NCBI GenBank assembly: GCA_951406725.2
Contig: OX597837.1
Coordinates: forward strand, 12,834,001 to 12,898,000
Source of the DNA: Octopus vulgaris
Taxonomy: Eukaryota
Reading direction: 5' to 3'
DNA length: 64,000 nucleotides
Both the position numbers and the translations under genes were made by a program. The notes beneath the pieces were generated by a model. It was not told the DNA's origin and made no database searches. It saw only the letters and a list, made by a program, of their open reading frames with translations. Positions 1 through 12,439 of this stretch are shown here, piece by piece. Position 1 is the first letter of the stretch. Each line of letters begins with the position of its first letter.

Positions 1-268
1 TGCCAGATAAAATTCTTAGCGGCATTTCATCTGTCTCTGTACATTTTGAGTTCAAATTTCGCCGTGGTCGACTTAGCTTTTCACCCTTTCGGAGTCGATT
101 AAATTAGTACCAGTCACATACTGGGGGTCTTCGTAATCGTCCAACCCTCCCTACACCCCTCCCGGACTTGCTGGCTTTGTGCCAAAATTTGAAACCAAAC
201 CATTATTATTTATCATTATTTACATTATTTACATTTGATGGATATTTGTCCTCATCTTGTTTGTTGTT

Positions 269-314
269 AACACAACGTTTCGGCTGATATACCCTCCAGC
301 CTTCATCAGGTGTC
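269..314 (-). ncRNA. Minimal type-I hammerhead ribozyme motif (PLE-type)
   Basis: Minus strand: GACAC-CUGAUGA-A-GGCUG(loop)CAGCC-GAAA-CG-UU-GUGUU. Confidence 0.75.
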
Positions 315-361
315 TTGGGGAAATTTCGAACTTGGGTTCTCATTCCTAATGTATTTTTCGA

Positions 362-443
<82 letters not shown>

Positions 444-659
444 ATTATTATTATTATTCAAGTCACTACCTGGAATCGAACTTGGAATCTTGGAGTCTTT
501 TCCATTGTTATCTATATAGTTGTTTCCATTGATAATCGGATAACAAAATACTCTTAAGAGGTAAAGGCATCTCCTCCTACTTCATCTCTCTCTCCATCTT
601 CGATTTCTCCACTTCCTTTTTCTATTTCTTTTACGGACTATCGTCAGCCTCTAACTCAA

Positions 660-1324
660 TAACACAAACACACACACACACACACTCTCTCTCACACACA
701 CTCTCTCCCTCTCATTCTCTCTTTCTCTCTCTCCATATCATTCTCTCTCTCTATATATATATCATTCTCTCTCTCTCTCTCTATCTCCCTGCTTGCTCTC
801 TATTCTTTCCTCTCTTCTCATTTCCATTCTTTTACTGCCTTCTCTTCCTATTCAATGTCTCACGCACATTCCGACATATTGCTTCCACGTTCTGTCTAAC
901 GCTTTCTTTGTTCCTTGATAGACACACAGGCAGGCAGGCAGGCAGGCAGATAGACAGACAAACAAATAGACACACAGGCAGACAAACAAATAGACAGACA
1001 GACAGATAGACAGACAGACAGACAGATAGATAAACAGACATAGACATGGACAAATAGACAGATAGACAGACAGACAGATATATAGACAAATAGAGACAGA
1101 TAGATAGATAGACAGCTAGATAGACAAATAAACAGATAGACGGACAAATAGACAGAGATAGACGGATAGATAGATAGACAAATGGACGGACAGATAGACA
1201 GATAGACATGTTTATATATTTATATACATGCATGTATATATAAACACACACACACACACACACACACACACGTACATACATACTTATATGTATCTATCTC
1301 ACCCTTTTTCCGAATATTTCTTTT

Positions 1325-1361
<37 letters not shown>

Positions 1362-1448
1362 TCCCTCCCTATATATATATATTATCTCTCCCCCCCACCT
1401 CGCCCCTCCTCCTCTATCCCTTGCAGGTGTCTGGTAAGTCACATAACA

Positions 1449-1488
<40 letters not shown>

Positions 1489-1699
1489 TTCCCTCTCTCT
1501 CTCCCAGCCGACATTTTCTCCTCTACGTCATTCCCTCCCCAGCCCACCTCTGTCCACACCTGTCCACCACACCCGTCCCGTCCTGCACGTGCGTAGCAAG
1601 TCACGTGCATCTTGCTCCGAACCAAATCTTTCCGGTACATCTGAACTCTCTGGACACGAGACGAAGAACCTAAGACCATCTCTTTCGTTCCGTCTCTCT

Positions 1700-1765
<66 letters not shown>

Positions 1766-2530
1766 CTTTCACTCCATCTCTTTCCCGTTAGACTTTCAAT
1801 TTCTCCTTCTCTCTTTCTCTTTCTCTCTGTCTTTCCTCTCTCCTCCATACCTTTCTCACCCCTTCCTTCTTTCCTCTCTCTCTCTCTCTCTCCCTTCGCC
1901 CCACCTGAAAGCCTTTCATCTTCCCTCTACCACCTCCCTCTCTCTCTCACACATTTCACCTCTGTTCCACCCTACTCCTCCCCTCTCTCTCCTTAATCTC
2001 TTCCTTCCTCCATAACACCTCTCTACCTATCTCTCTATCTATCTGTCTATCTATCTCCCTTCACCTCTCCTGAAAACCTTTCCTCTTCCCTCTACCACCT
2101 CCTTCTCTTTCTCTCACACATTTTACCTCTCTTCCACCCTACCCCTCTCTATCTCTATCTCTATCTATCTATCTCCCTTCACAACCTCCCTCTCTCTCAC
2201 ACACATTTTACCTCTCTTCCACCTTACCCCTCTCTATCTATCTACCTATCTATCTATCTCCCTTCACCTCTCCTGAAAACCTTTCCTCTTCCCTCTACCA
2301 CCTCTCTCTCTTTCTCTCACACATTTTACCTCTCTTCCACCCTACCCCTCTCTATCTCTCTCTCTGTCTATCTATTTCCCTTCACCACCTCCCTCTCTTT
2401 CTCTCATTTTACCTCTCTTCCACCTTACCCCTCTCTTTCTCTCTATCTATCAACCTCCCTCTTTTCACCTCACCTCTTTCCCTCCCTATATACCTCTATT
2501 CACCCACTCCTCCTATTCCTCTTCTTCTCT
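660..2530. repeat. CT/GACA-rich simple repeats with a degenerate higher-order CT-rich unit (1900-2450)
   Basis: Recurrent 'cctgaaaacctttcctcttccctctaccacc' and 'cattttacctctcttccacc'. Confidence 0.9.
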
Positions 2531-3096
2531 CTCAGCCTCTTAAAGCATAAAGCTACTTTTACTCTTCAGACGCAAATTAGATTTCTTGCAAAATGCTTTC
2601 TGCCAAAGATTTCCTTGGAAACCATTCCACACGAAACACTTATCATCCAATTTCTCCCGATTACGTATTTCCTTCTCATTTTACTCTTTTTTATATCTTT
2701 TCCCTTTGGGTTTCTTCGAGATTTTTGTCGTGTTTTGCCTTTCGGAGTTTGACATTTCGAATCTTTTACTGGTTTCAGTCATTGGGCTTGCGGCCAGACT
2801 GGGGCATCGCCTTGAAGGATTTCGTCACCTTGAAACTTATTTAATGGCTCTCCTTTGCCTCTTTACGTTCTGAGTTCAAATTCCGCCAAGATCGACTTTG
2901 CCTTTCATCCTTTCGGGGTCGATACAGGTGCCAGTTGAGTACTGGAGACGATGATGCCGTTTTACCCGCTCCCCCAAAGTTGATGGCTTTGTGCCAAAAT
3001 TTGACGCCATTATTATTGTTATTATTATTATTATTATTGTATTTCGGAATGGTCATTTTGCTAGTTTAGCCAATAAAATTATTATTATTATTATTA

Positions 3097-3184
<88 letters not shown>

Positions 3185-3830
3185 CATCATTATTATTATT
3201 ATCGACCCTTTCGAGGTCGATAAATAAAGTACCAGTTGCGCACTGGGATGAACTGACCTGTTTCACAATTTTATCGTAAAAGACTGAAACAGGTCAGTTC
3301 ATCCCAAATTCTTAGTAAACTAAATATATCTCTTTCTGTGTATATATATACTACCAAATTATGACCTTTTTGAACTTATAACTTTCTGTGTATATATATA
3401 TAGATATAGATACTTCCAAACAAACATGATTTTTAATGAAATCCTAATAGGTTTTATGAACTTCTTAATAATTTCTCAAAAAAATTTTTTTCTGTAAACT
3501 GTTTTTAACATGTTCTTATTATTATCAAAGAACGTATATAAGTATTGCAACTTTTTGTGCCCAATATTTTAATGAACTTTTTTATATTTTCCCAAGATTT
3601 TCCCTTGTAGACTGTTTTTAACATGTTCATATTATTATCAAAGAATGTATATATGTATTGTAATATTTTGTGACAACCAGTAACTAACTCAACAAAGCTT
3701 TTACATGTTACTTTTGACAATCTTTTTCTAAAAAGTGAAACCGGTCAAGAGAAGCATCTTTTAAAATTGCCTTTTCAAACCTTCTTTCATATATAATTCC
3801 ATTCGTGCGGTACCTTACAACTTCACTTTG

Positions 3831-3882
<52 letters not shown>

Positions 3883-3914
3883 TTTATTTAAAGCAGCAGA
3901 AAATTCAACAAAAC

Positions 3915-3952
3915 CTGTTACTCTGAGTTTCACGTTCCCGTTCGTCGGACAG
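3915..3952 (-). ncRNA. Hammerhead-like motif, U4C core variant
   Basis: CUGU-CCGACGA-ACG(GGAA)CGU-GAAA-CUCAGAG-UA-ACAG. Confidence 0.65.
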
Positions 3953-4204
3953 TTTTTGCTAGAAAAAACTGTCGAACAAAAACTGTCCGACGAATGGAGT
4001 AACAGGTTCTGTTGAATTTTCTGCTGCTTTAAATAAAGCATATTACTCTACCACTGGTATTTGAGTACTCTTTTTTCCACCTAGTTTCACATTTATGTGT
4101 TTACTCCGGTATATATATATATATATATATATATACTATATAAAGGTCAACAACTCCCTACCCTGAGTAATAACTGACGACACGGGCCTAATATATATAG
4201 AGAG

Positions 4205-4268
<64 letters not shown>

Positions 4269-4964
4269 GACGGGCCTCTTTCAGTTTCTGTCCACCAAAT
4301 CCACTCACAAGGCTATGATTGGCCAATGGTTATAGTAGAAGACACTTGAACAAGGTTCTGTGCAGTGGGACTGAACTCAGAACCATGTGGTTTAGAAGCA
4401 AGCTTGTTACCACACAGCTACGCCTTGTTTTACAGTTGTGTCGTACAAGGTATGTACGCATACATTCATACACATGCATACATTACACACACATCCATAG
4501 ATACACAAATACATACATGTGTACACACACACAAACACACACACGCACACGAGCACACATACAAACATAATCGTTGCTCCTGAAATATCTTCAGCGTTTG
4601 ATCGTTCACCGGCGCCCATAATTACCTCCACCTTATTATTAGACATTTTATATTACGTTAGCCATCCATCGGACGAGATTCTGGCTTCTTCCTTCGAAGA
4701 TTAACTTTAATTACTCGACCCGCTCTACGCCATATGCAACAACAACAACAACAATTACAGCCCATATCTGCACACTAAGACAACAATTAAATATTTTATT
4801 TTTGTTTACGTAAAAACGTGACTCCAATAATCAAAGCTCAGCCTGGATGTAATTGAAGATAGATTAAAACATGGCGTCGTTGTGTCATGAAAAGACGGTT
4901 AGAAATAACATCGCATGTCGGCCATTGCTTTCTTTATTTTCCAAATGTATTTTGTTTTTCCTAC

Positions 4965-5710
4965 ATTTGCAACTGTTGTCGATTAGATTGTTATTAAAAT
5001 ATTGCTGAGTTCTGCTTTGTTTCAATTATTGTTTATCGGAATAAATCTCTGCTAACGACCAGCTCTAGTTATCTTTATATCAGCCTGTCTCCTTCCCTCT
5101 CTTTCTTTCTCTCTCCTTTCCTCACTCTTTATGCGCATGCGCGCGTGTGGGGGAGGCAGAAGCAAGGTTGTTGTGCTTTAGAAGTTCGTTATGCACCAAA
5201 GTAGTTTCGAGTTCAGCGCCAGTACGTGGCACATTGAGCAGGTGTCTTCTATCACCCCAGCCGACCAAAGCTTCGTGAGTGGATTTGGCAGACGGAAACC
5301 GAAAGAAGCTTATCGTGTGTTTATATATATATATATATATATAAACACACGATAAGCTTCTTTCGGTTTCCGTCTGCCAAATCCACTCACGAAGCTTTGG
5401 TCGGCTGGGGTGATAGAAGACACCTGCTCAATGTGCCACGTACTGGCGCTGAACTCGAAACTACTTTGGTGCATAACGAACTTCTAAAGCACAACAACCT
5501 TGCTTCTGCCTGCCCCCCCCCCACACACACGCGCGCATGCGCATAAAGAGTGAGGAAAGGAGAGAGAAAGAAAGAGAGGGAAGGAGACAGGCTGATATAA
5601 AGATAACTAGAGCTGGTCGTTAGCAGAGATTTATTCCGATAAACAATAATTGAAACAAAGCAGAACTCAGCAATATTTTAATAACAATCTAATCGACAAC
5701 AGTTGCAAAT
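4965..5710. repeat. ~745 bp near-perfect palindrome centred on (AT)n
   Basis: Arms are reverse complements apart from one small G/C-run and (CA)n difference; centre 5321-5343. Confidence 0.95.
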
Positions 5711-6399
5711 ATATATATATATATATATGTATATATTGCTTACTTTTGTCGAAGACAGACGTCTTTTTTTTTTGGCGGTGAGTCAAACGTTTTGTTGCAC
5801 GTGGATAATATTTTCTATTGGAATTGTTGTCTGTTGTTGAATATTTTCGAAATGTTGAACATTGTTGAACTTAGAAAATTTTTGTGCTTTTTCCCGTCGA
5901 CGGGAGAAAGTAATCGTTGAAATATTGAAATTATTAAAGCCGTTTTAGGCTTTATTGTCGTGTCCCCACCCCACCCCCCGCGGGGTGGCATTTGGACTGT
6001 TTTCCTCATTAAGAGGAAAAAAATATTATAGGTTTCCCGTTTTTTGGCATAAGCAATTTATTATTGCGAGAAAAATTAAATTTTAGCTGTTGTAGGCTCT
6101 ATTATGGCATCCGCCCCTAGCGTGGGCAAGATTTGAACTGTTGTCCTCGTTGTGAGGAAAAAAAAAGATTATAGCTTTCTCGTTTTTTGGGATTCTATAT
6201 TTTATTATTGTGTTTAAAAAAAAAATTAATTTCGAACGTTGTAGGCTTTGTTGCTACGTCTCGCCCCCCCCCCCAGATGGGGTGGGATTTGAACTGCTGT
6301 CCTCGTTAAGAGAAAAAAAAGTTTTAAAAATTATAGGTTTCTCTTTTTCTGTGATTAAATTGTGTACCATTTATTTCGAACGAATATGTCGGTCGAAAT

Positions 6400-7720
6400 A
6401 ATCCAAGAAAAGAACCAGCTGCATGAGCCAGCAGAAAAGCTTGCGGCAGGAGCCGGTGTGTCTTCAAAAAATATTATAATTGAAACGGAGAAGTTCTCCG
6501 AGCTTTTTGAGAGAATGAAAGTGTTTTAAAAAAAGCACCACACCGTGGAGCTGTTGCAGCAACCCGAAGGTACGGAAGAGAGATGTGCCTGGATATCAGA
6601 AAAATTGTGTAATGAAATGAAGGGTAGGCATCCGAGGACCATCACCAACATCCCGGACCTTCCGCGGTATTTGAAGGAGTTTTTGAAGGAATAGGACTGC
6701 CTCACGTGTGGTGAGGTCAGCCCCAGCATCACCAATAAAAGAAATAGTCAAAGAGTAAGTAGAACCCTTGCATTTCTTTTGTTTTAAATGACTGCACTTA
6801 ACCTTGGGTGTTTGAATGTGCGTGGTCTGAGCTCGAAGTGGAAGCAAGCTTGTTTCTTCGACGACCTCAGATCACACGATATGCATGTGATGGTTGCTAC
6901 AGAGACCAAGCTGGACAGTCTACAAGCCTTCTCGCCCCTCCTGAATGACTATGAGAAAATCATGTCTCCTAGCCAGACCGGAGGGCGAGGGGGTGTAGTA
7001 GTACTGGTTCGAAAAGGCTTAGCCCTGCAGACAAGTACAGTCTATGTAGACCCAGAAGGTGGGCTAGTCGCCCTTGATGTGACATACAGCAGTAAGGCCT
7101 TCAGGTTGATCGGGATCTATGCACCTTGTGCTAGAGGATTTCAAACTGGTTTTTATTGGCGCCTAGAGAACTTCCTCGTGAAGTCGAAGACATTAGTGTT
7201 GTTAGGTGACTATAACGCTATTGTTGATGCATGCATCGATAGTGTTGGCTCGATCTATAGGAAAGTAAACTCACGTCTCGTGGATCTGCTCAAGCGGTTT
7301 CAGCAAGCTGATCGTTACAGACTTGACCATCCGAATGTCCCAGAGTGAACCTGGATGAATGGCGACGGAAGGTTCAAGTCTTACTTTGATAGGATATAGA
7401 TAAGAGCTAGAGATAAGGCTAGCTTTAGTTGTCCACAGCTTGTTCAGGTATCCTAAACGAACCATAGAATGGTTAAGTGTAGGCTGAACGTAGATAGTAC
7501 AGTTAAGAGAGGATCTGGCTACTGGAAGCTGAACAAGTCTATTTTGACTTGCGAGGCATACCGTAGCCGGATTGGGGAATTAGTACAGAGGGCGTTAACT
7601 GGCGCGGTGGTTCGCCCTAAAGCGAGCCATTCGTTTTGAGTCTGTTAGATTTAGCCGTCAGTTAAGACTAGATAAGGCCAGAATAGAAGAGCAACTAGTT
7701 AAGGACCTAGAGGAGGCGAA
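6400..7720 (+). mobile_element. Degenerate L1/Tx1-type LINE fragment (ORF2 APE endonuclease)
   Basis: LNVRGL, ETKL, IYAP, LLGDYN, then past stops TW...DRI...GSGYWKLN; ORF 6788-7348. Confidence 0.88.
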
Positions 7721-8097
7721 CACACACACACATGGGACCACACACGAACACACAGCGCGTTCAAGGGAGGTAAATTCAATAAGGTTAGAGTTATCTCCCT
7801 TTAGCGAATGGACGTGCGATCTCACGGACGCACACGCACGTGTTATGTCTGTGCGCAGTTCTGTTGTTCGTTTTTTGGTCTCGATTCTTTCCCTCCTGAT
7901 ATCCATGGCAACAGTCATTAAAACAAGCAAGCGATAGGAAGGCGGAGACGGTGCCAGGCGCCACCTGTCGCCGTTTTTATTCTCATTTGGCTTTTTATCA
8001 TTGTTTTGCTCGTTTTCGTCGTTGGACTCCGGCCATGCTGGGGCACTGCCTTGAAGGGTTTCAGTCAAACAGATCGCTTCCAGTACTTCATCATCAT

Positions 8098-8510
8098 GTA
8101 TATATACGTATATATAAATACATATATATATATATACGTAAATATACATGCATATATACATGCATATATACATATATATATACATGCATATATACATATA
8201 TATATACATGCATATATACATACATGTATACATACATATATATATACATGCATATATACATACATGTATATATACATACATGTATATATACATACATGTA
8301 TATATACATATATATACATGCATATATACATATATATACATGCATAAATATATATACATGCATAAATATATATACATGCATAAATATATATACATGCATA
8401 TATATATACATGCATATATATACATGCATATATATACATACATATATATACATATGCATATATACATACATGCATATAAATATATATACACACACACACA
8501 TATATATATT
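8098..8510. repeat. Compound (AT)/(ATAC)/(ATGC) microsatellite
   Basis: Directly visible; similar tracts at 27620-27800, 40855-41630, 45447-45670. Confidence 0.95.
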
Positions 8511-8922
8511 GAATAGCATTGCAGTGTGAACAAACTGCACAGTGTGTATAAAAGTAGAACAAAGAGGGATGCGGGTAAATAATGCTTGGCATACACAGGG
8601 GCCATACCTGCATGGAACATGAGTGTTAAATGATGATGATGATGATGGGGGGGTGTTGACAATGAACACCATCACCATTTAACGTCCGTTGTCCATGACG
8701 ATGACACTGATAATAATAACCAGCATTTTTTTATTTCTATCATTCCATCCCAATTAATTAATTACAAAACATTTTTAATTTTATTTTTTAATTTTTTAAT
8801 TAATTTTTTAATTAATTTTTTATTTTATTTTTAATTTTATTTTTTTACATTTGTTTTTTGTTTTTTAATTCCTCCACAACTTATTCAACAATTTAATTGT
8901 TAATCGCTGTAACTGTTGCTTT

Positions 8923-9071
8923 TCATATTTCTATAATCGGTCGGTTTTCAATGTCATCTAGAAACAGGCAGCTGAAAACATCGTTAGTGAAAGACGGGTG
9001 ATATTTGTTGGCACGCTGACAGTCCGGGACAAAATTCACTTCACAGATAACTGGCAGGATTTTTTTGTTGC
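8923..9071 (-). CDS. TTLL12: TTLL12 exon 14, terminal (…ICEVNFVPDCQRANKYHPSFTNDVFSCLFLDD…stop)
   Basis: EVNF.PDC.RA..YHP.F.NDVFS.LFLD motif; TGA at 8923-8925; joined CDS 1848 nt = 615 aa. Confidence 0.95.
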
Positions 9072-9165
9072 CTAGAAGGTATAGAAAACAAAAGGTGGGG
9101 TTTTTTTTTATATTTTAAATAAAGTAAAACAAACAGAAACACAAATAGAAATTTGGAACAGAACC

Positions 9166-9763
9166 CAAAGGGACAGAGTGGGGTCAGATGAGGTTCTGAC
9201 AGGGGCAGTGCTGTAATTAACCCCTTGCAGATGGATTTCGCAAAGGGACAGAGTGGGGTCAGATGAGGTTCTGACAGGGGCAGTGATGTAATTAACCCCT
9301 TGCAGATGGATTTCGCAAAGGGACAGAGTGGGGTCAGATGAGGTTCTGACAGGGGCAGTGATGTAATTAACCCCTTGCAGATGGATTTCGCAAAGGGACA
9401 GAGTGGGGTCAGATGAGGTTCTGGCAGGGGCAGTGATGTTATTAACCCCTTGCAGATGGATTTCGCAAAGGGACAGAGTGGGGTCAGATGAGGTTCTGGC
9501 AGGGGCAGTGATGTTATTAACCCCTTGCAGATGGATTTCGCAAAGGGACAGAGTGGGGTCAGATGAGGTTCTGGCAGGGGCAGTGATGTAATTAACCCCT
9601 TGCAGATGGATTTCGCAAAGGGACAGAGTGGGGTCAGATGAGGTTCTGGCAGGGGCAGTGATGTTATTAACCCCTTGCAGATGGATTTCGCAAAGGGACA
9701 GAGTGGGGTCAGATGAGGTTCTGGCAGGGGCAGTGATGTAATTAACCCCTTGCAGATGGATTT
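9166..9763. repeat. 75-bp minisatellite, about 8 near-identical copies
   Basis: Units start at 9166, 9241, 9316, 9391, 9466, 9541, 9616, 9691. Confidence 0.97.
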
Positions 9764-9943
9764 AGTACGGACAGTCTGTGCTCTGTACAGGTATCAGGCC
9801 GTTCCATACAAGGAATTTTACAATAACTTAGAGTGTTATACTTGAAAACATGGGGTTACACAGAGCAGGGCATCACACTGCTTGCTCACACAGGGCTTCG
9901 ATGCACTCAGTACGACCCCACCCTCCCATCTGCAAGGGGTTAA
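9742..9943. mobile_element. TTAA-flanked MITE (TIR CCCCTTGCAGATGG)
   Basis: TTAACCCCTTGCAGATGG ... CCATCTGCAAGGGGTTAA. Confidence 0.72.
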
Positions 9944-11400
9944 AAAGAAAGGGAGGAGAGATTAATACTTGAATGCATTGGTTTTCGGGTGGGGCTACTT
10001 GGGTGTGTAACCTTGTCCTGACATCATTTCATGGTTATAAACGATCATCATTCATCATCATCATCATCATCGTTTAACGTCCGCTTTCCATGCTAGCATG
10101 GGTTGGACGATTTTGACTGAGGGCTGGCGAACCAGATGGCTGCACCAGGCTCCAATCTTGATCTGGCAGAGTTTCTACAGCTGGATGCCCTTCCTAATGC
10201 CAACCACTCCGAGAGTGTAATGGGTGCTTTTTAAGTGCCACCGGCACAGGGGCCAGTGAGGCGGTACTGGCAATGACCTCACTCGAATCCTTTTACATAT
10301 GCCACCAGCACAGGTGCCAGTAAGGCGACGTTGGTAATGATCACACTCGAATGGTGCCCTTTTACGTGCCACTGGCACAGAAGCCAGTTGGCTGCTCTGA
10401 CAACGATCACACTCAGATCACCATCATAAAAGGGTAAAGACCCCCACTTCAATCATGAATGACCATGGGATTGCACCCAGAAAGTTACCCTCCGAGGGAC
10501 AAGTCTGATGCCCATACCTACCAGCCACCCCTCTCCACACTGCCAATGTTATCCAAGGGAAAGGCAAAGGGGCCAATACAGCTTGGCACCTGTTATGTTG
10601 CAAATCATTTCTACAACTGAGTAGACTGAAGCAACATGGAATAAAGTGTCTTGCTCAAGAACACAACACACAGTCTGGTCCAGGAACTGAACTCACTACC
10701 TCAGGATTGCGAGCCCGATGCTCTAACCACTGAGCCATTTGCCTTCACATTATATATATATAACACCATCATCATCATCATTTAAGGTCCACTGTCCATG
10801 CTGGCATGGGTTGGACGGTTTAACCAGGGCTGGTAGGCTGAGTGTCTGCACCAGACTCCAGTCTGATTTGGCATGGTTTCTACAGCTGGATGCCCTTCCT
10901 AATGCCAACCACACCAAGAGTATAATGGGTGCTTTTATGTGCCACCAGCATAAGTGCCGTTTGTGTGACAAGGGTAAAGACCCCCTTCAGTCACGAATGA
11001 CCATGACATTGCACCTAGAAAGACTCCCTCCAAGGTCCAAGTTTGGGCATGGTTGTTTACACCACCTTACTAATCTTTTCCGCTATAGGTAAAAGGCCTG
11101 AAATTTGGGGGGAGGGACATAGCAATTACATCAACCCCTAGTAGGTAACTGGTACATATTTTACCAACCCCAAAATTCAGAATGTAAAGACGGACAAAAG
11201 AACGCCAGGCATTTTGTCCAGCTTGCTAATAACGGCTTTGCCACCTTACACCACCTTAACAAGGACAATTGTTTTATTAAATTCTTCGTTATTTTCAAAA
11301 CTAATTAATATAAAGATGGTACACACTAACAGAAGCAGGATAACGAACGAATTAATTCCACTGTCAATCAATGACAACCAACAAAGTATGTGAAACTCAC

Positions 11401-11539
11401 CTTTATCGTCAGAGCCCCATTTAAGCAAGAAATCAATGCCATACATGGCCCTTGATTGGGGGGAGTGGGTGATTCCTCTGGGGAAGGGTTCTTTCGTGGC
11501 AGCCAGAAATAAACTGCGAAAGGATTTAAAGATGTCTTT
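11401..11539 (-). CDS. TTLL12: TTLL12 exon 13 (KDIFKSFRSLFLAA...SRAMYGIDFLLKW)
   Basis: SRAMY..D..LKW motif; CAG/GTGAGT, phase 0->1. Confidence 0.95.
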
Positions 11540-11640
11540 CTGAAAAATTGGATAATGTAAACGATTATTATTATAATTCATTAATTCATTCATTTGTACC
11601 TCTATACATACATGCATGTGTATATCCATGTATGCACTCA

Positions 11641-11675
<35 letters not shown>

Positions 11676-11769
11676 GGAAGGTTTACGAAAATAAACAAAA
11701 GACGAAGGCATATGGAGTACAAACAAACAAATGTATTAGTATAGCGCTCAGGAATAGAAATAGAACAAG

Positions 11770-11807
11770 TCTTTTACGTTTCGAGCCTACGCTCTTCGAC
11801 AGAAAGA
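11770..11807 (-). ncRNA. Hammerhead-like motif, variant core
   Basis: UCUUU-CUGUCGA-A-GAGC(GUAG)GCUC-GAAA-CG-UA-AAAGA. Confidence 0.6.
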
Positions 11808-12439
11808 TACACAGAAAAGAAACAAGGAGAGAAAAAATTGCGCATAGGAGCTAACAGTCTAAATATATATATATATATATATATACACATGTACATGCAT
11901 ACACACACACATACATACATTTATCAAATCAATGACAAGACAAAATTAAATAGAAAAAATACCCAGATGTCCAAGGGACATTCACAGTCAATATATATAA
12001 ATATCATTTTCCTTACATCCCTCCCTCCTATCACTCACTGCATCCACTCTCACTTCACATTCTTGCAAACCCATCTGCACAATGTACCCCCATCGAATTT
12101 CTTCCCCACAACATATCCTCTTAACACCCCTTCCACTTTTCCACGCTTGCATGGCTCCGATGGAATTCGGCCGAGGCAGATTTTTCTACAGTCGGACTAC
12201 CTTCCTATCACCAACCTTTACCTACTTCCAAGCCAGGTAAGACTTTTCTATGGCTAGACATGTTTTTCCAATCATTTCTATGACGACGATGCTCACCTAC
12301 TCATTTACAATGATCACGTGATGTCAAGACAAGGATACACACAAATACACACATACAGTGTTCTTGTCAAATCTCTTAACACCCACTTCCTCAACTTGTG
12401 TCCACTCCCTACATTCTCTCCTCCCCATCTTCCTCCCTC

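Noticed and set aside
6788-7348. Host endonuclease gene
   Set aside because: It is a LINE APE domain interrupted by stops and truncated before the RT domain.
7658-8678. Long ORFs rich in Y/I/C/M/H (also at 40895-41687, 45297-45756, 832-1996, 49616-50107)
   Set aside because: Translations of microsatellites; no protein signal.
9166-9763. CRISPR-like array
   Set aside because: Units are contiguous near-identical 75-mers without unique spacers, in a eukaryotic intron with no cas genes.
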